From: an uncultured Planctomycetia bacterium
Lineage (GTDB): Bacteria; Planctomycetota; GCA-002687715; DRQF01
Length of the DNA: 64,000 nt
NCBI GenBank assembly: GCA_964559135.1
Contig: CAZLGG010000004.1
Coordinates: 3,447-67,446, forward strand
Direction of reading: 5' to 3'
The first letter of the stretch is position 1; each line of letters begins with the position of its first letter. The notes beneath the pieces were generated by a model. That model ran no database searches and was not told the DNA's origin. It saw only the letters and a list, made by a program, of their open reading frames with translations. Positions 9,466 to 18,790 of this stretch are shown piece after piece. Both the position numbers and the translations under genes were made by a program.

Positions 9466-12177
9466 ATGAACGAAAAGAATCGGATGCTGTTCCTCGTCGA
9501 TGGGTCGGCCCTCGCCTATCGCTCCCATTTCGGCTTCATCCGCACACCGCTCATCAACTCCAAGGGAATGAACACGGGCGCCGTCATGGGCTACGCCCGA
9601 ACTCTGCTGCGACTGATTCGGGAAGAACACCCGACGCACATGGCCGTGTCCTTCGACACTCCGGAGCCGACGTTTCGACACGAGATGTATGCCCCGTACA
9701 AAGCCACACGGGAGAAGATGCCCGAGGAGATGGTGGGGCAGCTCCCGTGGATGAAGAAGATCACCGAAGCGTTGGCGATTCCGGTTCTCGAGTTGCCGGG
9801 ATGGGAAGCCGACGACGTCATTGGAACGCTGGCCAAGAAAGCGGAGGAGGAAGGCTTCGAAGTTCGCATCGTGACGGGCGACAAGGACTTCATGCAGATC
9901 GTCTCCCCCCGCGTCGTGCTCCACGATATCCTGAAGCAGGGAAGCGATCTCATCGTCGTCGACCCCGCGAAGGTCAAGGAGAAATTCGGAGTTCCTCCCG
10001 AAAAGGTCATCGATGTTCTGGCTCTCATGGGCGACAGTTCCGACAACGTCCCCGGCGTGAAGGGCGTGGGGCCGAAGACCGCACTGAAGCTCATCAACAC
10101 CTACGGGAGCTTGGAGGGCGTCCTCGAAGCCGCGCCGTCGATTCCCCAGAAAAAACTTCGGGAGAACCTCATCCACGACGCCGACATGGCGCGCCTCAGC
10201 AAAGATCTGGTCACGATCCGCCTGAACTGCCCCATCGGCGCCGATCCGAAAGATCTTCGGCTCGGTGAACCGAACCGGGAGGCGCTCGATGAGATCTTCA
10301 AGGAGCTGGAATTCCGTTCCCTCAGACAGGAAATCAGTGCGCCCACGAAGACGGTCGAGAAGCACTATTCGATCGTCGAAAACGAGGAGGAACTCCGGGC
10401 CCTGCTTTCCAGGTTGCGCAAAGCCGGCAACTTCGTCGTGGATACGGAGACGACGTCACTCAATCCGCTCGACGCCGAGCTCGTGGGCTTTTCCTTCAGC
10501 ATCAAGGAAGGAGAAGCCTTCTACGTTCCCCTCAACGCCGAACCGCCGGTTCTCCCCGACGACGGCATGGGAACTCACCCGATCGTGAAGGCCCTTGCGC
10601 CTCTGCTCGAGGACCCCTGCCTCGGCAAGGTCGCCCAGAACATCAAGTACGACGCGTCGGTCATTGCCACCGCGGGCGTTCAGATGCGCGGCATCTGGTT
10701 TGACACGATGATCGCCAGCTATCTGCTGGACCCCATGTCCCGTTCCCATGACCTCGACAGTCTCTCTCTGCGTCATTTCGACTACACGAAAGTGAAGACT
10801 TCGGAATTGATCGGTTCGGGAAAGGACCAGATCACCATGGATCAGGTTCCCGTGGACGTCGTGGGCGACTACGCGGCCGAGGACGCCGATTTCACCTTCC
10901 GGCTCCAACAACTCTTTGCACGTCGACTCGAAGAGGAAAACCTGAGAGACCTCTTCGACCGGATCGAGATGCCGCTCGTTCCGATCCTCGTCGCGATGGA
11001 ACGGGCCGGTATCCGCTTGGACGTGGGAGCCCTGAGGGCGTTGCAGTCCGAATTGGAGTCTCAACTGAGAGGGGTGGAACAGGAGATCTACACCTTGGCG
11101 GGCGAGACGTTCAAGATCAACTCGCCGAAACAGCTCTCCGAGATCCTCTTCGTGAAGCTGGAACTGCATAAGAAACTCGGTACCCGTGTCCGCAAGACGA
11201 AGACAGGCTTCTCGACGGGACAGGAAGTGCTGGAAGCCATGACGGGCCATCCCCTGCCCGCCAAGGTGCTGGAGTATCGATCCCTTTCGAAGCTGCTCTC
11301 GACCTACGTCATCGCTCTGCCGAAACTCGTTCGTCCCGCGACAGGTCGCATCCACACGAGCTACAACCAAGCCGTCGCGGCGACGGGACGTTTATCCAGC
11401 AGCGATCCCAACCTCCAGAACATCCCCATCCGATCTGAACTGGGAAGACGAGTTCGCTCCGCGTTCGTGGCGTCCGGCCCGGACTGGAAGCTCGTCTCCG
11501 CCGACTACTCGCAGGTGGAATTGCGTATCCTGGCTCACATCTGCAAGGAAGAGGCCATGGTGGAGGCCTTCGCCCGCGGGGCCGACATCCATCGGGAAAC
11601 GGCGGCCCGGGTCTTCGGGGTCCCGGCCGAGGCGGTCGACGCCGACATGCGATCCAAAGCGAAGAGCATCAACTTCGGGATCATCTACGGAATGGGACCC
11701 CATCGTCTGGCCCGAGAGACCGAGATGTCCGTGGAGCAGGCCAAGGAGTTCATCGACCGGTACTTCGAGAACTTTCCCAAGGTCAAGGAATACATCGAGT
11801 CCATGCATGCAAAGGCGCGTGAGGAGGGTTTCGTCACCACGCTCTTCGGTCGTAAGCGGCCCATCCCGGAGATCCTCTCACCCAACGGCGCCATCCGGTC
11901 CAACGCCGAGAACGTCGCGGTGAACACACCGATCCAGGGGACGGGGGCCGACATCATCAAACTGGCCATGATCGAGGTCGACCGTTGGATGCGGTCACGA
12001 GCATGCCGAGGCCTGATGATCCTGCAAGTGCATGACGAATTGATCTTCGACGTGCCCGATGAGGAGGTCCCCATGTTTCGGGAGAAGATTCCGGCCATCA
12101 TGGGCGGGGTGGTGCAACTCGACGTCCCGCTCGTCGTTGACGTCGGCGTGGGCCGGAATTGGACCGAAGCTCACTGA
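9466..12177 (+). CDS. polA: DNA polymerase I (5'-3' exonuclease, 3'-5' exonuclease and polymerase domains)
   Basis: 903 aa from MNEKNRMLFLVDGSALAYRSHF (5' nuclease), 3'-5' exo motif FVVDTETTSL, polymerase motifs RRVRSAFVASGPDWKLVSADYSQVELRILAH, INFGIIYGM, QVHDELIFDV. The long N-terminal extension of the track ORF (8335..9465) is antisense shadow. Confidence 0.95.
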   Translation: MNEKNRMLFLVDGSALAYRSHFGFIRTPLINSKGMNTGAVMGYARTLLRLIREEHPTHMAVSFDTPEPTFRHEMYAPYKATREKMPEEMVGQLPWMKKITEALAIPVLELPGWEADDVIGTLAKKAEEEGFEVRIVTGDKDFMQIVSPRVVLHDILKQGSDLIVVDPAKVKEKFGVPPEKVIDVLALMGDSSDNVPGVKGVGPKTALKLINTYGSLEGVLEAAPSIPQKKLRENLIHDADMARLSKDLVTIRLNCPIGADPKDLRLGEPNREALDEIFKELEFRSLRQEISAPTKTVEKHYSIVENEEELRALLSRLRKAGNFVVDTETTSLNPLDAELVGFSFSIKEGEAFYVPLNAEPPVLPDDGMGTHPIVKALAPLLEDPCLGKVAQNIKYDASVIATAGVQMRGIWFDTMIASYLLDPMSRSHDLDSLSLRHFDYTKVKTSELIGSGKDQITMDQVPVDVVGDYAAEDADFTFRLQQLFARRLEEENLRDLFDRIEMPLVPILVAMERAGIRLDVGALRALQSELESQLRGVEQEIYTLAGETFKINSPKQLSEILFVKLELHKKLGTRVRKTKTGFSTGQEVLEAMTGHPLPAKVLEYRSLSKLLSTYVIALPKLVRPATGRIHTSYNQAVAATGRLSSSDPNLQNIPIRSELGRRVRSAFVASGPDWKLVSADYSQVELRILAHICKEEAMVEAFARGADIHRETAARVFGVPAEAVDADMRSKAKSINFGIIYGMGPHRLARETEMSVEQAKEFIDRYFENFPKVKEYIESMHAKAREEGFVTTLFGRKRPIPEILSPNGAIRSNAENVAVNTPIQGTGADIIKLAMIEVDRWMRSRACRGLMILQVHDELIFDVPDEEVPMFREKIPAIMGGVVQLDVPLVVDVGVGRNWTEAH

Positions 12178-13019
12178 ATCGGCGCGGCCCGTTTCTTGGT
12201 CAGGATGTAGAGCGCCGCGCCGGCCGCGAAAGCGAAGACGCCGACGAACTGGGACGTTGAGAGGGGGCCCACGTATCCACGGTCCTCGTCGCCCCGTAAA
12301 AACTCCAGAAGAAAACGCGTTGCGGCATAGAGCATGATGAAAACCGACACGACCTGTCCGTCGAATCGTCTCCGGTGCCAGAGCCACCGCAGGATGAAGA
12401 ACATCACGAGCGCGTTCAAACTCAGATAGAGCTGCGTCGGGTGGAGCCACTGCCCTGCCAACGCACACAGATTCCCGTTGTCCTTGGGGATTTCGATGCC
12501 GAAGAAATCGCCCGGCTGGGTGCGTGTCGGGAAGCGGATCGCCAGGGGGAAGCTCTCCGAAACCGGCTTGCCGTAATCGTCCCCCACGAGGAGGCAGCCG
12601 ATCCGGCCGATGGACTGGCCGATGGCTGCCGCGACAGCGTAGATGTCGAGCACCTTGAGAATGGGAAGGCCGGCCCGACGGCTGTACCAGGGCACGGCGA
12701 TGAACGCCCCGATGAAGGACCCGTAGAACACCATTCCCCCCCGCTGGAGGGCGAAGGCCCTGAGAGGATGATCGGCGAATTCACCCCAATTCGTCATGAC
12801 GTAGAAGGCACGGGCGCCTACGACCATCGCCAGAGTAAACACGACGAAGAGGTTGCCCATCTTTTCCTCGTCCAGGGCCGACTTGCGGGCCAGGCGCAGA
12901 GCGATCCAATTGCCCGCAAGAAGAGCGAGGACGACCATGAGGCCGAAGCCTCGAATGGGAATCTCGTGGGCGCCGAAGATCTCGAAGGGCAAGGGGATGC
13001 GAAAGATGACGGGAAGCAT
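12171..13019 (-). CDS. lgt: prolipoprotein diacylglyceryl transferase
   Basis: 282 aa from MLPVIFRIPLPFEIFGAHEIPIRGFGLMVVLALLAG. Lgt-like motifs GARAFYVMTNW, GGMVFYGSFIGA, GRIGCLLVGDDYG (Lgt signature), and a C-terminal TM helix. Convergent with polA; ends overlap by 7 nt. The rest of ORF 12171..14276 is antisense to prs. Confidence 0.85.
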   Translation of the reverse strand: MLPVIFRIPLPFEIFGAHEIPIRGFGLMVVLALLAGNWIALRLARKSALDEEKMGNLFVVFTLAMVVGARAFYVMTNWGEFADHPLRAFALQRGGMVFYGSFIGAFIAVPWYSRRAGLPILKVLDIYAVAAAIGQSIGRIGCLLVGDDYGKPVSESFPLAIRFPTRTQPGDFFGIEIPKDNGNLCALAGQWLHPTQLYLSLNALVMFFILRWLWHRRRFDGQVVSVFIMLYAATRFLLEFLRGDEDRGYVGPLSTSQFVGVFAFAAGAALYILTKKRAAPIQ

Positions 13020-13175
13020 GGGGGCGGAGTGTAGCACTCCGGGGTTACGTCTCAACGGCGGAGGTCCGGCGGCGCCAGCCGGTTGCCGGTGTCCGGGTCC
13101 ATCCCTATAGTGACCGAGGAGGGGACGCGACGCCCCTCGCCACTTTCCGAATCCACGAAACACGACGGGACGGCC

Positions 13176-14222
13176 ATGGGCAATTCGAACCCCAATGCGG
13201 CCGGAAATCGCGGGCGACTGAGCCTCCTCACATGCGATTCCGGGCGAGCGTTCGCGAAGTTGGTGCGTGAGCACCTCTCCCGGGTTCTTTCCGCCGAAAC
13301 ACATCAAACGACGAACGGGCTCCTCCGCCAGTCGGAAGAGATCAAGTTCTCGAATGGCGAAATCAAGACCATCATCGGCGACAACATCCGGGGGGACGAC
13401 GTCTACGTCATCCAATGCATGGATGACCCGTTTTCCGAACGCTCCGTCAACGACAATCTCATGGCGCTGGTGACGACCCTTCACGCCGCCCGCCAGTCGG
13501 ATGCGGAACGCATCACCGCCGTCATCCCCCAATTCCCCTATGCGAGACAAGAACGCAAGAAAACCCGCGAGGCCATCACGGCCAGTGTCGTCTGCCGGCT
13601 TCTCGAGGACGCGGGCGCCGACCGGGTCATCACCCTCGACATCCACGCCGAAGCCATCATGGGCTTCTTTAGGTTCTGCACGATGGAGAACCTCCACGCG
13701 TCCACGGTCATCCTCGACTACTTTCGAGACAACTTCCCCGTCGACAACCTGGTCGTGGTCTCTCCCGACGTGGGGGGAGCCGATCGCGCGCGGCACTACA
13801 CGAATCGGTTGGGCTGCCCTTTGGCCATCGTTCACAAGGCCAGGGACTACTCGAAGATCAGCGTGATCGAGAGCATGCGACTCGTTGGCGACGTCCGTGG
13901 GAAAGATGTGCTGATGCCGGACGACATGATCGCCACGGGGGGCACGCTGCTTCGCGCTGCGGCCCTCCTGAAGGAGGAAGGCGCCGAAAGGGTCTTCTTG
14001 GCGTGTTCTCTCCCCTTCTTCAACGGAGGAGCCGTGGAACTCTTCGATCAGGGCCACGAAAACGGTACATTCGACGCCCTCATCGGAACCGACGCGGTCA
14101 CTCGGGGATCGGAATTCTCGGCGGAACACGGTTGGTACCACGAGGTTTCGGTGGCGCCGCTCTTCGCCAACGTGATCTTCAACATCAATCGTAAACGGTC
14201 GGTGAGCGCCCTTCTGAAGTGA
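13176..14222 (+). CDS. prs: ribose-phosphate pyrophosphokinase-like protein (divergent PRPP synthetase)
   Basis: Motifs VYVIQCMDDPFSERSVNDNLMALVTTLHAARQSDAERITAVIPQFPYARQERK, DIHAEAIMGFF, VVVSPDVGGADRAR, PRPP-binding loop VLMPDDMIATGGTL. Fairly divergent from canonical Prs and has a C-terminal extension. Start is uncertain; ORF is open from 13083. Confidence 0.75.
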   Translation: MGNSNPNAAGNRGRLSLLTCDSGRAFAKLVREHLSRVLSAETHQTTNGLLRQSEEIKFSNGEIKTIIGDNIRGDDVYVIQCMDDPFSERSVNDNLMALVTTLHAARQSDAERITAVIPQFPYARQERKKTREAITASVVCRLLEDAGADRVITLDIHAEAIMGFFRFCTMENLHASTVILDYFRDNFPVDNLVVVSPDVGGADRARHYTNRLGCPLAIVHKARDYSKISVIESMRLVGDVRGKDVLMPDDMIATGGTLLRAAALLKEEGAERVFLACSLPFFNGGAVELFDQGHENGTFDALIGTDAVTRGSEFSAEHGWYHEVSVAPLFANVIFNINRKRSVSALLK

Positions 14223-14387
14223 CAAAAAAGTCCCGGGATGGGGTGAGACGGCGGAAACGCTGAATCTTCCCCCCAACCCTCGTGTTATGATTTCGGGCGA
14301 TTCGGGCCGACCTGAGCCGCCCCCGATTCGTATTCATGAACAACGGACGGTTCGTCTCGTCCGATCAAGCCCGGAGAATCGACTTCC

Positions 14388-15812
14388 ATGCGCAAAGTCT
14401 TCATTCTTTTGCCCCTCGCCTTTCTCGCCGGCGCCCTTCTTTTCCCCTCCACCCTCCGAGCCCAGACCCCGGAACAGGAGCTCGAAAAGAAGCTCGAGGC
14501 CATCGACATCACGGATCCAGACGCTCTCTTCCAGGTCGCGGACTGGGCCATGAAGAATAAAAAAAGCTCTCGGGTCCGTAAGGAGGGGCGCAAACTCATG
14601 AAGGAAATCCTGGAGCTGGACGCCGACCACGAGGACGCCCGAAAGGCCCTCGGATTCGTCCAGTTCGAGGACCGCTGGGTCACCAAGAAGCAGTACAAGA
14701 AGCTCACGAAGGAAGCCCGGAAGAAGGAGATGAAGGAAAAGGGCTACGTGCCCTTCAAGGGCGGGTGGATCAAGAAGACCCAAAAGCGGAAATGGAACCG
14801 CCGCTGGAAGAAGGATGACGACGACATCTGGCGCTCCTTCGAGGAGATCCAAAAGGCCAAGGGGCTCGTGCTCTACAAGGGAGCATGGCTGAAAATCGGC
14901 AAGAAGGATCGGGAGAGGATGGACTTCCACCGGAAGATGACAGGAGAAGACATCCTCGTCGTCAGCACGCCTCATTTCCGTCTCCACATGGGCATCAAGC
15001 CCAAGATGGTCGAGCAGTACATGGAGAAGGTGGAGGAGGTCTACGACTGGTATGTGGAGAACTTCGAAGTCCCCCAGCCCCCCGAGGCCTCTCTCTGGCC
15101 GGGTCAGGTGGACATCTGGCACTTCGAGACGGTGCAGGAGTTCCAGGATTGGGTCACGACCTATTCGGAAGAGTACAAATTCGATGATGACGACAAGAAG
15201 GACTTCCGCGAGCACCCCGCGGGCTACCTCATCACGCCCAAGAAGCTGATCACGATCGTGGCCAAGCGGGCCGAGGACATCGAGAATCCGATGATTCACC
15301 AAACGAGCAGCATGTTGCTGTGGTGGCACACACGCAGCCGTGGGCCGGCTGCGGCCTGGATGTCCGAGGCCTTTGGTCACTTGGCCGAAGACCTTCTCAG
15401 CACCGACAAGGTCAGCCGCGTCAACTGCAGCACGAATAGCCGCTATGCCAATGCGGGGGACGTGGTGAAAAAGGAATTCAACACGAAGGATGGACGCCCG
15501 ACTTGCCGCAGCATCATCAAAGCGGGCGACGAACTCTCACTCCTCGAGCTGTCGAAGCTCCCCCTCAACTCCCTCAATGGTGAGAATCTCGCCCAGGGCT
15601 TCAGCGTCATCGACTGGCTCTACCAGGAGCACCGAGACAAACTCGCAAACATGCTGAAAATCATGACGCAATGGATGCCGCCCGCGCCCAACTCGACGAC
15701 CGAAACGGCCGGGCAACAGATCGTCCGCCTCGCGGTGGAGAAGGGTTTCGGCACGTCCCTCGAGGAATTTGAAAAACAGTGGCGGGCCTGGGTTCTCAAG
15801 AAGTACCGCTGA
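14388..15812 (+). CDS. secreted Lys-rich hypothetical protein (signal peptide; duplicated (F/Y)KG(G/A)W(I/L)K motif)
   Basis: 474 aa. Signal peptide MRKVFILLPLAFLAGALLFPSTLRAQT. Strongly basic, K-rich N-terminal half with repeated GYVPFKGGWIKK / LVLYKGAWLKIGKK motifs, then a Trp-rich globular C-terminal half. No confident family assignment. Codon third-position A/G usage looks different from neighbouring genes. Confidence 0.6.
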   Translation: MRKVFILLPLAFLAGALLFPSTLRAQTPEQELEKKLEAIDITDPDALFQVADWAMKNKKSSRVRKEGRKLMKEILELDADHEDARKALGFVQFEDRWVTKKQYKKLTKEARKKEMKEKGYVPFKGGWIKKTQKRKWNRRWKKDDDDIWRSFEEIQKAKGLVLYKGAWLKIGKKDRERMDFHRKMTGEDILVVSTPHFRLHMGIKPKMVEQYMEKVEEVYDWYVENFEVPQPPEASLWPGQVDIWHFETVQEFQDWVTTYSEEYKFDDDDKKDFREHPAGYLITPKKLITIVAKRAEDIENPMIHQTSSMLLWWHTRSRGPAAAWMSEAFGHLAEDLLSTDKVSRVNCSTNSRYANAGDVVKKEFNTKDGRPTCRSIIKAGDELSLLELSKLPLNSLNGENLAQGFSVIDWLYQEHRDKLANMLKIMTQWMPPAPNSTTETAGQQIVRLAVEKGFGTSLEEFEKQWRAWVLKKYR

Positions 15813-15876
15813 TCCGCAACCGCCGGGACCGGTCGAGAGACCATGGCCGGTCCGCGGCGGCGCGCTTTCCGAATCT

Positions 15877-18444
15877 TCAGCGCCTGGGCAGAAGAAGCAC
15901 GGCGTTCAAGAACATTCGACTGAGGCCGTGCCAGAAGCTCCGGAAGTTCGGATCATTGGCGAAGAGTACGATTTGCCCCTGCACGCTCGCGTAGGCCCGT
16001 CCTCGAAGCGCCCGTTCCTTTTTCTCCGGGATGTATCCCGCCAAGGGAGGCGCGTCGGCGAACCGAGCCGCGGGAATGCCGGGACCGCTCGGATCGAAGC
16101 TGAGAGTTCCGTCCAAAAACGCGGCCACTTCCCGCGGGTATCCGAAAGCGAGGGGATGCGACGGGTCCAGACGGACCCGGAAGATGGAGCCCGGCGTGGA
16201 CTCTCGCCTGCGACGCTCTTCCCTCTCCTCGATACTCAAGACGCGACCCGGCGCCGGCTTTTTCTTCTCCGCTCCGCCGGTCGTGATCGCCGTGACGCCG
16301 CTGCCCTCCTTGGAGAGACGCCGCGCCGATCTCCCCAGAGCGATGACGGCGCCCCCTTCCCGAGCGAACTCCTTGATCTTCTTCTTCTGAGCATCGTCCA
16401 AGCGGAAAAAACCCTCGGGGAAGACCAAGGCGGTGTAATCCTCGAGATCCAGGCGCCCCAGATCCTCGACGGCGAAGACCGAATAGGGCACGTCATAGAG
16501 TTCGTCCAAGAGGAAGCGCGTCGCCCCGAAGGACGTGGGTGAGATGCCCGGGCCGCCCATGAGCGCCACACGAGGACGCCTCAGACGCAAGAATCTCTGC
16601 GATCCGAGATCGATTCCTTTTTCGGTCATTCCGGTACGAGCAGGGATCACCTGCGCTCCGGTTTCCGACGCGAGCTCGCGAAGTATCGACTCCAATTCGG
16701 CGGGGTTGCCGCCGCGGGGAACGAAGAGAGTCCCCCGCTTCCATTTCTTTCCGTCAAGCGTGAACGGCTTGGTCGCCACGCGAACTTTGACGTCACGGCC
16801 AAGAAGCTTGATCGCCATCCGGACCCCGCTCATCCGCTCCCAACTCACGAGCCAACCAAACGTGCTGTCGCCGTCGGCAAGGCTGCCCCGGGGCCGAGTC
16901 CCTTCCACGACGGGTTCCGCGGGCGCGGTGATCTCCTCTCCCGTCCAATAGGCCTCCGCTCCGAATGCGAAGGGCAGACTCCAGGCGGCCACGTCGTAGA
17001 AATAGAGCTCCTTGATCGTGGTTTTCGGCTCGAGAAGGGTCTTGATGAGCCTCTTCGTCGGTTGGGCAAGGGAGATGAGATAACTGCCCTTGGGGAATCG
17101 CTTCGACTCGAAAGCGTTACCGTAGTAGTCGTGAACGTCTCGAACTTCGAAGTCCTCGGTCGCCTGACGGATCTCGACGTCCTGGGCCCGAAGGAGATCG
17201 ACCAGTTTCGCCGAATGCTCCAGGTCATCACCCGGCATGAGAATGAACTCGCGAAGCGGCCCCCCCCGCCCCTCCTCGACCGCGGAAGCGCGAAAACGCT
17301 GATAGTCGAGCAACAGATCCACGCGATGCGCGACCGCCGTCTCGATCGTCGACATGGACGCCGTGAAATGGTGGTTCATCCGATCCGCGAGAAAAAGGAG
17401 GGAGTCATCCTTCCTTCGGTAAACGATACCGGCCCGGCTGTGCCCGGCCTGCTCGTAGGTCATGCCGATGGCGCCGTGGAGAGAGGGCCAGGAATCGCCA
17501 TAGCCGGGATAGAACAGGTCGAAGGACTCCGCGGTGTAGTAGTCCCACCCCCGCCTGTCGAAGGCCGCGGCATTGCCTCGGCCGAAGATCTCTCCCCATT
17601 TCACCGTGTAGTGGGGAAAATTCTGATTGACCGGGCGGTCCGCCGGGAAGAAGAAATAGCTGCTCTCCGCGCCCATCTCGTGAAAGTCCACGTGAACCTG
17701 AGGATGCCATGCGACGAAATGAGGGATCCGGCTCCGCGTCTCGATCTGAGTCATGAACGCCCAGTCGCGGTTGAGATCGAAGAAGTAGTGATTGAACCGT
17801 CCGCCGGGCCAAGGTTCGTCGTGCTCGAAGGACTGCGGATTGGCATCGCCATGTCGGCCGACGACGCTGTTGAACCAGTTCACGTAACGATCCCGGCCGT
17901 CGGGGTTGACGCAGGGATCGATGATGACGACAGCCTGGTCGAGCAACCTGTTCGTGGCCTCGTCGTCCTTGGAGGCCAACTCCCAAAGGGTCTTCATGGC
18001 CGCCTCGGTGGACGACGCCTCATTGCCGTGCACGTTGTAGGAGAGCCACACGAAAACGGGCAGATCCTCGACGAGGGCCTCCGGCGTCTCCCCCGGCTTC
18101 AGCCGCCTGGGGTCGGCCAGCTTCGCCATGCGCTCCTTCAATTCGGCGAGGCGCTCCTGGTTCTCCTTGGAGGTGACGAAGACGAGAAGGAGGTCCCGGA
18201 GTTCGGTGGTTCGGCCATAGCGCTCCACGTGCACCCGATCCGATGAGGCGGCCAACCCGTCGATCCATCCCACGACTCGAGCGTGAGGCGTGTACCGTTC
18301 CCCCAAAGCGTAGCCGAGGTACGCTTTCGGGGATTGGAAAGCGGTGGGCATTCCGGGGACTTCGCCTTCCGTAACCTCCTGGGCACGCAACGGGGCCAAG
18401 AGGACGAGGAACATCACCGCGGCGGCACGTAGATACGAATTCAT
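15877..18444 (-). CDS. M14-family zinc carboxypeptidase, secreted, with long C-terminal extension
   Basis: 855 aa from MNSYLRAAAVMFLVLLAPLRAQE (signal peptide). M14 features: zinc ligands in the HGNEASS region, FFDLNRDWAF, HEMGAESSYFFFP, catalytic region MTYEQAGH. About 450 extra C-terminal residues of unknown function. Confidence 0.8.
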   Translation of the reverse strand: MNSYLRAAAVMFLVLLAPLRAQEVTEGEVPGMPTAFQSPKAYLGYALGERYTPHARVVGWIDGLAASSDRVHVERYGRTTELRDLLLVFVTSKENQERLAELKERMAKLADPRRLKPGETPEALVEDLPVFVWLSYNVHGNEASSTEAAMKTLWELASKDDEATNRLLDQAVVIIDPCVNPDGRDRYVNWFNSVVGRHGDANPQSFEHDEPWPGGRFNHYFFDLNRDWAFMTQIETRSRIPHFVAWHPQVHVDFHEMGAESSYFFFPADRPVNQNFPHYTVKWGEIFGRGNAAAFDRRGWDYYTAESFDLFYPGYGDSWPSLHGAIGMTYEQAGHSRAGIVYRRKDDSLLFLADRMNHHFTASMSTIETAVAHRVDLLLDYQRFRASAVEEGRGGPLREFILMPGDDLEHSAKLVDLLRAQDVEIRQATEDFEVRDVHDYYGNAFESKRFPKGSYLISLAQPTKRLIKTLLEPKTTIKELYFYDVAAWSLPFAFGAEAYWTGEEITAPAEPVVEGTRPRGSLADGDSTFGWLVSWERMSGVRMAIKLLGRDVKVRVATKPFTLDGKKWKRGTLFVPRGGNPAELESILRELASETGAQVIPARTGMTEKGIDLGSQRFLRLRRPRVALMGGPGISPTSFGATRFLLDELYDVPYSVFAVEDLGRLDLEDYTALVFPEGFFRLDDAQKKKIKEFAREGGAVIALGRSARRLSKEGSGVTAITTGGAEKKKPAPGRVLSIEEREERRRRESTPGSIFRVRLDPSHPLAFGYPREVAAFLDGTLSFDPSGPGIPAARFADAPPLAGYIPEKKERALRGRAYASVQGQIVLFANDPNFRSFWHGLSRMFLNAVLLLPRR

Positions 18445-18508
18445 ACTCGAGAGACCTCTCAGTATCGATGACGGAACGGAGTCAGGGGGGGACGAATCAT
18501 AGCCGAGT

Positions 18509-18790
18509 TCAGCGCATTCGTCTGCGACCGAGCCGGGCCTGTTGGCGGAAGAGCGCAAACAGGAGGAGACATCCGATGAACGCCATACCGACGATGAGTT
18601 CAATGCGATGAGATGAGGATTTGTCCTCATCCACGGGGCGGTCACTTTCCGGGCGGTAGTCCATGTCCTCCAGGTGACCGGATTGCTGGAAGGCGCAAAC
18701 CTTCGGGGCAGGATCGATCGCGATGGGTCGCGCGGACATGACCGGCAGACAACCCAGCCAGACCATGCAGAGGAGGGCCCATCCATTCAT
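18509..18790 (-). CDS. small membrane protein (93 aa), translationally coupled to upstream Wzy_C-TPR gene
   Basis: Start ATG overlaps the stop of the upstream gene (ATGA on minus strand). N-terminal hydrophobic segment MNGWALLCMVWLGCLPVMSA, acidic middle, C-terminal TM IELIVGMAFIGCLLLFALF followed by basic tail. GC3 is compatible with coding, and it fills an otherwise empty 340-bp gap. Hypothetical. Confidence 0.35.
   Translation of the reverse strand: MNGWALLCMVWLGCLPVMSARPIAIDPAPKVCAFQQSGHLEDMDYRPESDRPVDEDKSSSHRIELIVGMAFIGCLLLFALFRQQARLGRRRMR

Noticed and set aside
13020-14276. Upstream 1.2 kb of minus-strand ORF 12171..14276 (would make a 701-aa protein)
   Set aside because: Only the C-terminal 282 aa resemble Lgt. 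The rest is antisense to the PRPP synthetase-like gene and has a biased Gly/Arg/Asp composition.
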